A DNA stretch of 64,000 nt from a virus, in the IMG/VR virus record IMGVR_UViG_3300010938_000012, positions 1 through 64,000 of that record; one strand, given 5' to 3'. Below are positions 9,868 through 19,006 of the stretch, in pieces. Position 1 is the first letter of the stretch, and every line of letters starts with the position of its first letter. A program made the position numbers and the translations under genes. Below the pieces are notes generated by a model. It was not told where the DNA came from. It did not search any database and saw only the letters and a program-made list of their open reading frames with translations.

Positions 9868-10057
9868 TTCGTTATTTTTTCTGTCAACGGCATCTTCCCT
9901 ATATTCAAACCCTTCTATTATTTTTCCGTTCTTAACAAGGTATAATTTATAATCTTTTTGGTTTATTTTTCTGATTGGCGCTTCCTTAACTTTTTTTTGG
10001 CATTAACTTTTCGACTCGTATTTTAACAATACCCCACTCTCTAAACTTAGCATTTTT

Positions 10058-10337
10058 TTATTTTAAACTATATTTTAAAGTGCTCATATCTATACCAAGT
10101 TGTCTCGATGCTAAGGTCACAATTCTTTTTTCGCGGTCATGGGCTTCCTTTCGATTTTGGCAATCTGCAATTATTTCTTTGGTAAAATTGTTTTTACCAT
10201 ACTTTTTAACCGCTTTCACAATGAGTGTCCCCTCCCATATAACCACCATTCAAGGTATTCGTCGAATGGATGCCTTAGTAGCATTTTCCGTTTACAAGAT
10301 TTGTTATCTTGTAGAAACAATTGTACTTCTTTTTCAT
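10058..10337 (-). pseudogene. Decayed GIY-YIG (Seg-like) homing endonuclease
   Basis: MKKKYNCFYKITNLVNGKCY*GIHST..YMG, then a frameshift into KAVKKYGKNNFTKEII. Confidence 0.8.
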
Positions 10338-10338
10338 G

Positions 10339-11946
10339 TTATTCGTATTTTAAATCTATTTGGATCAAAGCCTCGTCAACATAACTTTTTAAAATAGGCT
10401 TACTGATTTTACCGACTGCGAGCAATTCTTTGTTTTCGTTATATAAGCCTACTTGCGTGATGTAGACTTTTGGGTTTCCGTAGAAGTCATCAACAATTTG
10501 GCCTTCACTTCCCGTTCGGTAACTTGGATTGTTTGTGAAGTTGTATTCTCCGTTCTTAACCCGTATGAAGTATTGCTCTATATACTCGTATTTGACCTTT
10601 CTGGCTTGAAATCCGAGGTAATCGCCGCTTGCGTCTGTGTACAGGGCTGAACCTGACAATGAAGTGAACAATTTCATGGCATTGTCCCCAGCCACATCAC
10701 TTCCCGTCACTGTCAAGAAACTGGATGACATGTCAAGCAGGTCTGCATCGAGCAATATTACTCCGAGCCTTGGGTATGACAGGCCATAAACATGGGGTTG
10801 GGATTTGTTGTAAACACCGTCCTCAAGCGTACCGGACACTATGTAGTAAATCTCCCCCCCACGACCCACAAGACGGGCCTTTGATTCGCTTACGGTCTGA
10901 TAGAACCCCGCGTATGCTTCTGCTGACAATTCTGTCTCTACGTTCAGTTTGGAGTCGTCTATCAACCTTAAGATATTCCCCGCTGCTCCGAGCCTTACAT
11001 TAGAACCGGTGTGAGCGTTCCTGTTTCCGTTGCCGGCAAGGAATTGTGAGCCGGACAGCGCGTGAAGGTTTAACTCCAAGTTCCCCTCATCCAATCTGTC
11101 TCCGAACCTGTCTCTGTTTACGTCAATGGCATAGAAGTGGTTTATTATCTTAGAGCCTATCCTGAAATGTCTTTCAGTTGGGCTTAGACACAGGCTTCTG
11201 TATTGTCCATAAACTGCATTACTTGGGGACATCCAATCATATCCGCCCAAGTCCCTGCTTCCGCTTCCATCAATGTGCCCGTATGCAATGGAAAAGTGTT
11301 TATTTGGCGCGCAGTGAGAGTTGCATGGCGTTTGATAAACAGTCCTTCTATAGCTTTCGCTTGTTTCCGTACTGCAAGTGAAGTAAGTGACCATATTTCC
11401 TACCGCACCTCCGGTTGCGTCCTGCCAAATGCCATAGTAAACCTTGTTTACCTGTGTCGGCAGTTTGTCCCCTGTCGTTAGCCTCGTGTAGACTTTACCA
11501 GAAGCAATCTCGACAGGAGGCGCCGGTGGCGTTGGTATTATTGGCGGAACTGGCGCTGATGGCGGTGGAGGCGGCGGTGTTGGCGGGATTATCACAGGCG
11601 GCTCTGGCTGTGTTGGTGGCGGAGGTACTGGAGCTGTCAATTCCAACATTAAATCGTCATAGTTAACCCCTCCCCTATAATCGTCAGCCTGTACTTGAAA
11701 GACATATTGCCCATTTATGGTTTCTATATCTGTTCTTCTTATATTATTAGAACTTACCCACTGTATTCCGTCATATTCCTGAACATTTATAGCCCAACTT
11801 GTCCCCTGTACAAATATAGGAGCTGTGTAAGTATCCGGGTATGTGCCGTTACCTGTTATCGCACCCGTTATCACAAACCTCTGTGGCTGGTCAATCGGTT
11901 GCGTAATCAACCTTACTGTCCAATTACCCTGTATGCTTATTGGCAT
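10339..11946 (-). CDS. Virion structural protein: N-terminal beta domain, Pro-rich stalk, conserved C-terminal domain
   Basis: Paralog of 12474-14033 (PSxAxYGQY, DEGNLE, YITxVGLYN..LLAVGK). Confidence 0.7.
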   Translation of the reverse strand: MPISIQGNWTVRLITQPIDQPQRFVITGAITGNGTYPDTYTAPIFVQGTSWAINVQEYDGIQWVSSNNIRRTDIETINGQYVFQVQADDYRGGVNYDDLMLELTAPVPPPPTQPEPPVIIPPTPPPPPPSAPVPPIIPTPPAPPVEIASGKVYTRLTTGDKLPTQVNKVYYGIWQDATGGAVGNMVTYFTCSTETSESYRRTVYQTPCNSHCAPNKHFSIAYGHIDGSGSRDLGGYDWMSPSNAVYGQYRSLCLSPTERHFRIGSKIINHFYAIDVNRDRFGDRLDEGNLELNLHALSGSQFLAGNGNRNAHTGSNVRLGAAGNILRLIDDSKLNVETELSAEAYAGFYQTVSESKARLVGRGGEIYYIVSGTLEDGVYNKSQPHVYGLSYPRLGVILLDADLLDMSSSFLTVTGSDVAGDNAMKLFTSLSGSALYTDASGDYLGFQARKVKYEYIEQYFIRVKNGEYNFTNNPSYRTGSEGQIVDDFYGNPKVYITQVGLYNENKELLAVGKISKPILKSYVDEALIQIDLKYE

Positions 11947-11960
11947 TTATGTTCTCTTAT

Positions 11961-12246
11961 TTAATATGACCAAGAATCAACTTTAGCACCTTTTAGCCCG
12001 CTTGCCCCACATCTATTGGCAGTATTAGCCCCTAAAGTGTTTCCATAATTTCCTGAATATGTTACGCTCTTTCCGCTCTCGTCGTAATTGCCCACCTTAT
12101 ATTCAACCCATCTGACTACAACATTGTTGGGCAGTTCTTTTGGCCCCTTACCTGCCCCTCGAACCATTCATCTGATTTAAAGGACTGGGCAGGCTATTTT
12201 ATAGTGCGTTTTTTGTCATTGGTCTTACAACTTCAACTAGTTTCAT
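11961..12246 (-). pseudogene. Disrupted small gene with an MKLVE leader
   Basis: MKLVEVVRPMTKNAL*, then stops and a frameshift before the 68-aa ORF. Confidence 0.4.
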
Positions 12247-12450
12247 GTATTTACAGAAGGGTTTGATTGAAATCTAAGAACACGCCCACATTTCCTTGAG
12301 CAGGCGTTTTTGTTAGTTACATTTTCATTACATGTTGGACACAGTTTCCATAAAGGAGCGAAATCTGATACATTATTTTTTTAGATGTAGAGAAAATCCC
12401 CTTACTCCGAGATTTTCATCACATATTCTGCAAAGATGTTTTCCTGTTGG
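12243..12450 (-). pseudogene. Zn-finger relic of a homing endonuclease
   Basis: Startless frame HLCRICDE..LHLK..CPTC..CSRKCG. Confidence 0.5.
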
Positions 12451-12473
12451 TTATTTTTTATAGTTTTTCGTGT

Positions 12474-14033
12474 TTAAAACATTAACATTGAGGACAATAT
12501 AAATCCGATCCAAACAAATTCGAGTTTAAGCTTAATCAACGCCTCTTTTGTGAATTTCTTCTGTAATGGCTTGGACAACTTGCCCACTGCAAGCAAGTCC
12601 TTGTTGTCGTTGTACAACCCTACTGTTGTTATGTATGTTGTGGGGTCTCCGATCATAGTAGGTTCAGCCAAATCCCCCTCGCTTCCTGTGACAAATGTTG
12701 GGTTGTTTGTGAAGTTGTATTCTTGGTTTTTTACCCTCACGAAATAGTGAGTGGACTTGACCTTTTCACCACTCCTTCCTTGGAATCCAAGCCTGTCTCC
12801 GCTTGCGTCTGTGTACAAGGCTGAACCTGACAATGACAGGAATAGTTTATATGCGTTGTTTCCGGGGATTTCCGAACCTGTGACAGTCAGGAAGCTCGCG
12901 CTCATGTCCAACCTGTTTCCGTCGAGCACAATGACACCTAACCTTCTGTAAAGTTTGCCATAATAATGCGGCGCTGAACTGTTGTAAACACCGTCCTCAA
13001 GTGTGCCGGACACTATATTATAGACCTCTCCGGCTGTTGTCACATCTGCCGAAGCAATTCTACTGTCATCAATTAATCGGGTTACTGCTTGTGTCGGGAA
13101 CACTCTTACATTTGAACCTGTCCACGCATTTTGCGCCCCGCCGCCAGCAAGCCACTGTGAGCCGCTCAATCTCTGTAAGTTTATCTCAAGGTTTCCCTCA
13201 TCAATAAACTCCCGCATACGCGCCCTATTTACGTTTATCACATAGATAGAATCCGTCGCTTTTCCGCCAATTGTGAACCTTTGTTCGTCCGCCTCAAGGC
13301 ACAGTTGCTTGTACTGCCCATAAATTGCACGGCTTGGGGTATCGTTTATCTGCCCCCCCTCATCTGCTGAACCAGACCCCTGTTTGTGCCCCCACGCTAC
13401 GGAAAACTGCGGCTCACTTCCACACTCACCACTACCAGAGTTGTATATTTCGTAATAATACCTCTGCTGTGTGGCATTTTGTCCAGAAGACGTGTGGAAC
13501 GTCAACAAGTTGGATACGTTACCTGACCACAATGCGCGAGTAATTGTTTCCTGCTGGTTTGGGACAATGTCCCCTGCCTCGAACCTTGTCCATATCCTGC
13601 CCGACCCAAGATTGTTTGGCGGCAACGGGGCTGGGTACGTTGGGCTTGTTGGGACGATTGGCGGCACTGCCCCGCCTCCGCCCGTATCCCTTGGAGGAGG
13701 CGCAAAATCTCTTATAGGGGGAAACAAACCCCCACCTGTCTGCGGCTTTACTCCGCCTGTATCAATAGATGGGCCCGTTGGTACAACGTTGTGTACAACA
13801 TTGTTCTCGTCCAGCACCAAAAAATTACCTTTTGGGGTTTCAAATCCCGCAACAGAAACTCCGGGCATTATTTGCTTATTTACTGGTTGGGTGTTTTGCA
13901 ACACAGACGGGTCGTTAGACACGGGTACAAGCGTTATTCCCGCCTCCTCTATTTTAGCCTTTTGAGACTCGTCTACCTTTTGAACAGTTCCGCTCGACCC
14001 GGCTGCTGCCATCCCTTTTTGTATAAATGCCAT
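12474..14033 (-). CDS. Virion structural protein (paralog of 10339-11946)
   Basis: Pro/Gly-rich linker; YFVRVKNQEYNFTNNP..YITTVGLYN..LLAVGKLSKP. Confidence 0.75.
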   Translation of the reverse strand: MAFIQKGMAAAGSSGTVQKVDESQKAKIEEAGITLVPVSNDPSVLQNTQPVNKQIMPGVSVAGFETPKGNFLVLDENNVVHNVVPTGPSIDTGGVKPQTGGGLFPPIRDFAPPPRDTGGGGAVPPIVPTSPTYPAPLPPNNLGSGRIWTRFEAGDIVPNQQETITRALWSGNVSNLLTFHTSSGQNATQQRYYYEIYNSGSGECGSEPQFSVAWGHKQGSGSADEGGQINDTPSRAIYGQYKQLCLEADEQRFTIGGKATDSIYVINVNRARMREFIDEGNLEINLQRLSGSQWLAGGGAQNAWTGSNVRVFPTQAVTRLIDDSRIASADVTTAGEVYNIVSGTLEDGVYNSSAPHYYGKLYRRLGVIVLDGNRLDMSASFLTVTGSEIPGNNAYKLFLSLSGSALYTDASGDRLGFQGRSGEKVKSTHYFVRVKNQEYNFTNNPTFVTGSEGDLAEPTMIGDPTTYITTVGLYNDNKDLLAVGKLSKPLQKKFTKEALIKLKLEFVWIGFILSSMLMF

Positions 14034-14058
14034 TTATTTTTCCTATTTTGTGTTGATA

Positions 14059-14719
14059 TTAAGGAAGTTTTATAGGCGCATTGCCTGTCAACGGAATGTT
14101 GGGAGTTGTGTTTGTTGTCACTTTCCTTACAGTTATGTTGATGACCGTGCTGCCGCCCGTCTCATTACCTACGATTGTCAGGGTAGTTGACCTCGCTGCA
14201 AGGTTCAACATGTTTGCAGTAATAACAACACTCTTACCCGAAACCGTTATCGATGCTCCGATCTCGCTTTCTGTCAATGGAGCAGGAACAAGGTTTCCGG
14301 TTCCGCCAAATTGCTGTCCCGGTGCTGCTTGGTCAACATACATAGAACATACGTCACTGTCAGCCAGCGTAAACGAATACCCAAACGTCGTGTTTCCGTC
14401 CGTGTAATTTATTGTCTGCGGCGTAATAGTGATTGACTGTCCCGGACTTAACGTGAACGAGGATTGTGGCACAGACACAACAGGTATCCTTACGGTCTTG
14501 CGAGGCAGTGTCACAAGTTTGTACTTCATATTTTGTGTTTCGTCGGGCACAGCCTCGGTTATGGGCATACTTTCGAGGACAATGCCGTAGTATGCGCTTC
14601 CGAGTGGGTGGTCTGGATTCCACAGCGAATAATCAATTTCATCGTCAGCAAGTGCGAAGTAAGTCACATTGAACTCATTACGTCCACGGCTGAGTAGTTC
14701 CCTGCCTTTACGAGTTAAT
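14059..14719 (-). CDS. Virion (tail-collar/baseplate-like) protein, exon 2
   Basis: The spliced product reads MGYLSNQSITVDAI-LTRKGRELLSRG..FALADDEIDY (233 aa). Confidence 0.85.
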
Positions 14720-14971
14720 CATTTTGTTATCCAAGAGGCTTTTTATCCTCTTGTTCTTACAATTTATTTCTTGTAAGGTCGGCGTACATTTTCAACCAAT
14801 TCATAATTTTGGTTGTCGGAGACTCTTGGAAGTTTTCTTGCTCTCTTATCGCTCAACTTCTACGCTCTACAAGGAATTTTGATTTAAACCCCTCTCGGTA
14901 TTGCCATTTCAGGTTTCACCGATTTTCCCCAATTTTTACCCTATCATTACTGATCGGGGCGACATTAACCT
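14720..14971 (-). ncRNA. Group I self-splicing intron, 252 nt, no ORF
   Basis: Exon 1 ends in U paired with G (GCGAU/GUCGC, P1). GUUAAU pairs with exon-2 AUUAAC (P10). P3 UUGGGGA/UCUCCGA, P7 GCGUA/UACGC, terminal G. Removing it restores the frame. Confidence 0.92.
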
Positions 14972-15012
14972 ATCGCATCGACAGTTATACTTTGGTTAGA
15001 AAGATAACCCAT
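14972..15012 (-). CDS. Virion protein, exon 1
   Basis: 41 nt: ATG GGT TAT CTT TCT AAC CAA AGT ATA ACT GTC GAT GCG AT. Confidence 0.85.
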
Positions 15013-15015
15013 ATT

Positions 15016-15966
15016 TTATTTGTCCTTTTCTATTTTATTTAAAATAATATTCTGTTTAAACACTTCAACTTCCTTGTTAAACGAATACATTGTTTCTTTG
15101 TTATTGTGTATTTTTGAATGACATGACCTGCATACAAATATTAAATTCTCAAAACTATCATTCTTTTTGTTTTCGTCTACATGATGAAGGCATAGAGTAT
15201 TGGTATCGTCTTTACATCTAAAACATTTTCCATCTTGCTGCTCTCTTAAAAAATACCTATACTGTTTATTATAGAATTTTTCAGTATATGGAACATCTTT
15301 ATTTGGATTAAACTTGTAGTGATTTTCACCCGCTATTTTTTCAATTCTATCATCAGTGAACTTATCTTTACCTCTATTCCACGGAACCAATACTCCTGAT
15401 GCAAACCTTTCTATTTTTGTTTTAGAAGCCCTACTTCCTATTCTACTATAAATATAACTAACGTCTTCTTTTGTCTTGTTGTTTGTAAAATGTCTTTTAC
15501 TCAAAGTACCATCTTCTGATTGTCTTATCTTTGTTTCTTGCATCTTTGCCCTACGCCTTTCCTTTTCCTCTGGGTTAGATAGTAACTCCTTCATGTATTT
15601 TGAACGCTTCTTCTTAGTTTCCTCTGAAAAAGTTGGTGGGTTATCTACCCTATATTCTTTTACAGATTTAGATATTTTAGAAACAGCAGTTTTATACTCT
15701 TCTGAGTCTTTGTCGTATTTTGTCTGCCAGTTCCCCCCACCAGAATGTCCAACATAGCATTCGTTAATTTTGTAACCGTTTACTTTTACTTCCTTTCCAC
15801 ATCCGCAAACACAAGTTGGCATTATTCCTTTGAGTATATGTGTTTTAGTATACGCTGTCTTATCAATTCCATGTTCGTCATGTATATGCTTTGTGAAACT
15901 TCCGACTGTTCGGTACTCTCTTTCGCATATTTTACATACTAAATCTGTTAATAAATTTTTTGCCAT
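15016..15966 (-). CDS. Free-standing HNH homing endonuclease with Zn fingers
   Basis: CKIC..H..H, CVCGCG, and C-terminal CFRC..LHHVDENKKNDSFENLIFVCRSCHSKIH. Confidence 0.85.
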   Translation of the reverse strand: MAKNLLTDLVCKICEREYRTVGSFTKHIHDEHGIDKTAYTKTHILKGIMPTCVCGCGKEVKVNGYKINECYVGHSGGGNWQTKYDKDSEEYKTAVSKISKSVKEYRVDNPPTFSEETKKKRSKYMKELLSNPEEKERRRAKMQETKIRQSEDGTLSKRHFTNNKTKEDVSYIYSRIGSRASKTKIERFASGVLVPWNRGKDKFTDDRIEKIAGENHYKFNPNKDVPYTEKFYNKQYRYFLREQQDGKCFRCKDDTNTLCLHHVDENKKNDSFENLIFVCRSCHSKIHNNKETMYSFNKEVEVFKQNIILNKIEKDK

Positions 15967-16188
15967 CTTTCTTTAATTGTGAATTTACTGCTGTGTTTTA
16001 ATAAAGTTTATAAAAAGCTCTATACTTCCTTCTTTACTACATTTATAAACAAGTGTACTATTTAGTGTATCATCATAATTATCATAAAGCCCTTTCAACC
16101 TACTAAGCATATCTTCTAAGTCTTCGTAGGAACCAATAAAGTATTGTTTATTATTTTGTTGCGATAATTTTTTTATAAGTGCAGGGAG

Positions 16189-16872
16189 TTAGTAATCATA
16201 CTCTTCCTTATTTAGTTGATAAGATTTATCTCCATACATATCCTTCAAAGCCCTTCTAACTATCGGCCTGATAACCGCTCTAAGCCTGTTCTCAAGCATG
16301 ATTCTTCTATTGCTTTTTTTGCTTTCTCTCATACGTCTGTTTTCTTCCATGTCATCTTCTTCATCCTCTTGTTTTTCATCATCAATGGTGCTACCCTTTG
16401 GTATTACCCCTAAATCTCCAAGGTACTCTGCCAGACGGTCTAAATCTTGGTCTGGCTTGTACTTCAAGAACCCGCCCTCAATCATATCTTCAACCTGTTC
16501 GGTATCACAATCCCAAACCACATTGTCGTCATAGTCGTACAATGTAGCAGCGTACTCTCCCCTTTCGTCGAGGTCAACATTTAAGTAATAGTTTTGGTCA
16601 GCGTTGACATCTTCTTTTACATTAGACCTTTTTTTATTGTAAGTAGGGTCTATTATGTTCAAATCTATCATCTCATCCCGTATCAACTCCCTATCAAAAG
16701 AGTCGCCATAAAACTTATGGTTTGGGTTCTTTTTTAAGACGGCATCACACCCTTTTTTAATTTCTTGCCAAGTAATATCCTTCTTGTGCTTTTTGCAGGG
16801 ATAGATGCCGTTTGGGCCATAAAATTTATTGAAATATTTTACAAAATTTAAAGTTTTAGAGTTCATTTTCAA
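16189..16872 (-). CDS. Hypothetical (probable internal virion) protein
   Basis: Modular; acidic tract; LENRLRAVIRPIVRR helix. Confidence 0.6.
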   Translation of the reverse strand: MKMNSKTLNFVKYFNKFYGPNGIYPCKKHKKDITWQEIKKGCDAVLKKNPNHKFYGDSFDRELIRDEMIDLNIIDPTYNKKRSNVKEDVNADQNYYLNVDLDERGEYAATLYDYDDNVVWDCDTEQVEDMIEGGFLKYKPDQDLDRLAEYLGDLGVIPKGSTIDDEKQEDEEDDMEENRRMRESKKSNRRIMLENRLRAVIRPIVRRALKDMYGDKSYQLNKEEYDY

Positions 16873-16883
16873 ATCCTTTATTT

Positions 16884-17102
16884 TTAATCATAATCATTCT
16901 CATACTTAACAGTGTCTATGACATCACTCGGACTGTTCTTGCTTAAAATATCTCGAACTTCTTTCCACAATTTCTCTATTTGAGGCTTTTTGTTCCTTAT
17001 TTTAAAGTCATAGTCGTGTAGTTCGTGTGCTAGTTGACTTAGTTTGTTTGCCACAAAAGCAGCAGTTACCTTATTCCCAAAAACGGCTTCTTTAAGTTTC
17101 AT
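16884..17102 (-). CDS. Small protein with an MKLKE leader
   Basis: SD AGGAG and a late-motif variant upstream. Confidence 0.6.
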   Translation of the reverse strand: MKLKEAVFGNKVTAAFVANKLSQLAHELHDYDFKIRNKKPQIEKLWKEVRDILSKNSPSDVIDTVKYENDYD

Positions 17103-17130
17103 TTAAAAATTCTCCTAACCTTTATAATTA

Positions 17131-18021
17131 TCATCTCCTAATCGTTTTCCGAAGTTGAGACAGTTCTTCTTTTATGGTGTCTTTGTTTTGTGTTGTTATG
17201 TCAAGGCGATTGTTTCGTGTTGGGTATTCGTCGGTCGCATCAAAGATGACTTTCTCCGAACCTTCTTCCAAGAACCTTACAGTTTTTATAGAATGCTGCT
17301 TCTGGACCTTGTTGGTCTGGTACTTGTATTCAGACCTCAAATAACCGTCTACTTGCAAAGTTATAGTGGTCTTAATAAGCCTATCTTCTCCCGGCACATT
17401 TACATTATCGTGCGTAACGTCTTGAATATTTGTCCTGAACGTATTAACATCCCCCCAAACATGGTCATTGGTGTTGTTTATGGAGTGAACTATGTGGTTC
17501 ATCTGCTCCTGCAAGTCAGTCCATATCATAAGCTCATAAGACACTCTAACATAGTCGGGAAAGTCAACGAGATAATATTCTACCGAATCTTTCTTTAGGT
17601 ACTGTCCCTCGGTTCTGTCCCATTGCATGCTCCTCGTTTTTTGAGGGAATAGTTTATAGGTCGGCTTGCCTTGGTTTGAATTATACATCGGAATCCTGCC
17701 GTCCGCCGCCATAGAAGTTCTACGAATAGTTATGACCGGTGATAACAACTTCCTTGCGCTGTCCCTTAAATACCCGTGTTGTCTAATTTGAGACCACTTC
17801 TCCCCGGTAGCGAACATGACAGGTACCGGTATTGAGGTGTCATTTTCTACAACCTGTAATTTAAGGCTGTTCACAAGGTGGTGATAAACTGCATAGTCGA
17901 TATCGTATAATGTCACCTTTGGTACAGTCACTTCGTCCACATCACGCCTGATCATGTCTGCTCGACTGTAATTAGGAGACGTTTTGCCTTCTTGATATGG
18001 TGTTATTGTTGGGTTTGCCAT
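17131..18021 (-). CDS. Tail terminator/sheath stabiliser (T4 gp15-like)
   Basis: VPVMFATGEKW, PVITIRR, P.YV.VSYEL.IWT..QEQMN.IV; adjacent to the neck gene. Confidence 0.6.
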   Translation of the reverse strand: MANPTITPYQEGKTSPNYSRADMIRRDVDEVTVPKVTLYDIDYAVYHHLVNSLKLQVVENDTSIPVPVMFATGEKWSQIRQHGYLRDSARKLLSPVITIRRTSMAADGRIPMYNSNQGKPTYKLFPQKTRSMQWDRTEGQYLKKDSVEYYLVDFPDYVRVSYELMIWTDLQEQMNHIVHSINNTNDHVWGDVNTFRTNIQDVTHDNVNVPGEDRLIKTTITLQVDGYLRSEYKYQTNKVQKQHSIKTVRFLEEGSEKVIFDATDEYPTRNNRLDITTQNKDTIKEELSQLRKTIRR

Positions 18022-18029
18022 TCATGTCC

Positions 18030-18578
18030 TTATAGGTTTTTTGGGAAACTTTTTACGGTGCTTATCGTGTTGACTCCCGACCTCGTTTCTACAAGATTTA
18101 GTTGCGATATTCTCGTCAAATGCGCCTGTGCGATCAGAGATATGTTGAACCCGAAACTGCTGTTACTCCTGCCCTCTACCTCTATGGGCAAAGTTTCGTT
18201 ATTCCTGCCCATCCAATACTGCTGGTCAACCACACTGTCTATTTCGTAATAATCTTCGTCAAATTTGATTATATCGCCCTCTGTCAACACTACATCAATG
18301 TCTTTTAAGTCGTCCCTAAGAAATTTGAACTGTATAGTTTGGGCAAAGTCCATTCCGGCATCCGTATCAGCGCTTGTTACTGGGTCTTTGTTCACCCAAC
18401 AGAACAATCGAACAGGGTTGTAGTAAACCTTTTTGCTACTTTCGTTGTAAAGGTTTATTTCCATTTCGGGCAATGCGAGTTTGTACAGGGCGCACTCTAT
18501 TGAAACGAACCTGTGCAACAGTTCCCTGTTCAGATGCCTCATCAACATCCTGTCTCTCTTACCTGCGAACAATGGCAC
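18030..18578 (-). CDS. Neck/head-closure protein (T4 gp14-like)
   Basis: NLYNES.KK.Y..PV, FLRDDL, EGDII..YYEI. Confidence 0.6.
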   Translation of the reverse strand: MPLFAGKRDRMLMRHLNRELLHRFVSIECALYKLALPEMEINLYNESSKKVYYNPVRLFCWVNKDPVTSADTDAGMDFAQTIQFKFLRDDLKDIDVVLTEGDIIKFDEDYYEIDSVVDQQYWMGRNNETLPIEVEGRSNSSFGFNISLIAQAHLTRISQLNLVETRSGVNTISTVKSFPKNL

Positions 18579-18979
18579 TATTGATAAGACCTTATGCTTT
18601 TTGCTCTTTGGCTTAAAAAGCCAGCAACTTTTTCGTAAACCTCTGCCTGTTCGGTCAGGCCAAGCGCATCTGTTTGTTCTTCGCAGTAGTTGTTTATGGC
18701 ACTTGTCAACTCCATAATTTTTTGTCGGTCTCTACCTTCATTAAGGACACTTTCAACCATATCTCTTATTTTAGACCTAAGCCTGTCTTTTGCTGACGAT
18801 TTTTTCACCTTTTCGAGTTTCCTTATCTCTTCGTCAGTATACCCGAATTTCTTTTTAAGTATTTTTTTGGCCTCGTCTGCTGATAGGCCTCCTAAAAACA
18901 TGCCCTTTCTTGGATTTTTAACGGTATCAACAGCAATGTCGTGCTGTCTCTTGTCAACCGGGTTCGTGGGTCTCTTCAT
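18578..18979 (-). CDS. Hypothetical protein
   Basis: SD and late motif upstream; LRSKIRDMVESVLNE helix. Confidence 0.6.
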   Translation of the reverse strand: MKRPTNPVDKRQHDIAVDTVKNPRKGMFLGGLSADEAKKILKKKFGYTDEEIRKLEKVKKSSAKDRLRSKIRDMVESVLNEGRDRQKIMELTSAINNYCEEQTDALGLTEQAEVYEKVAGFLSQRAKSIRSYQ

Positions 18980-19006
18980 TCCGTAACTCCTTTTTTCATA
19001 AATATC

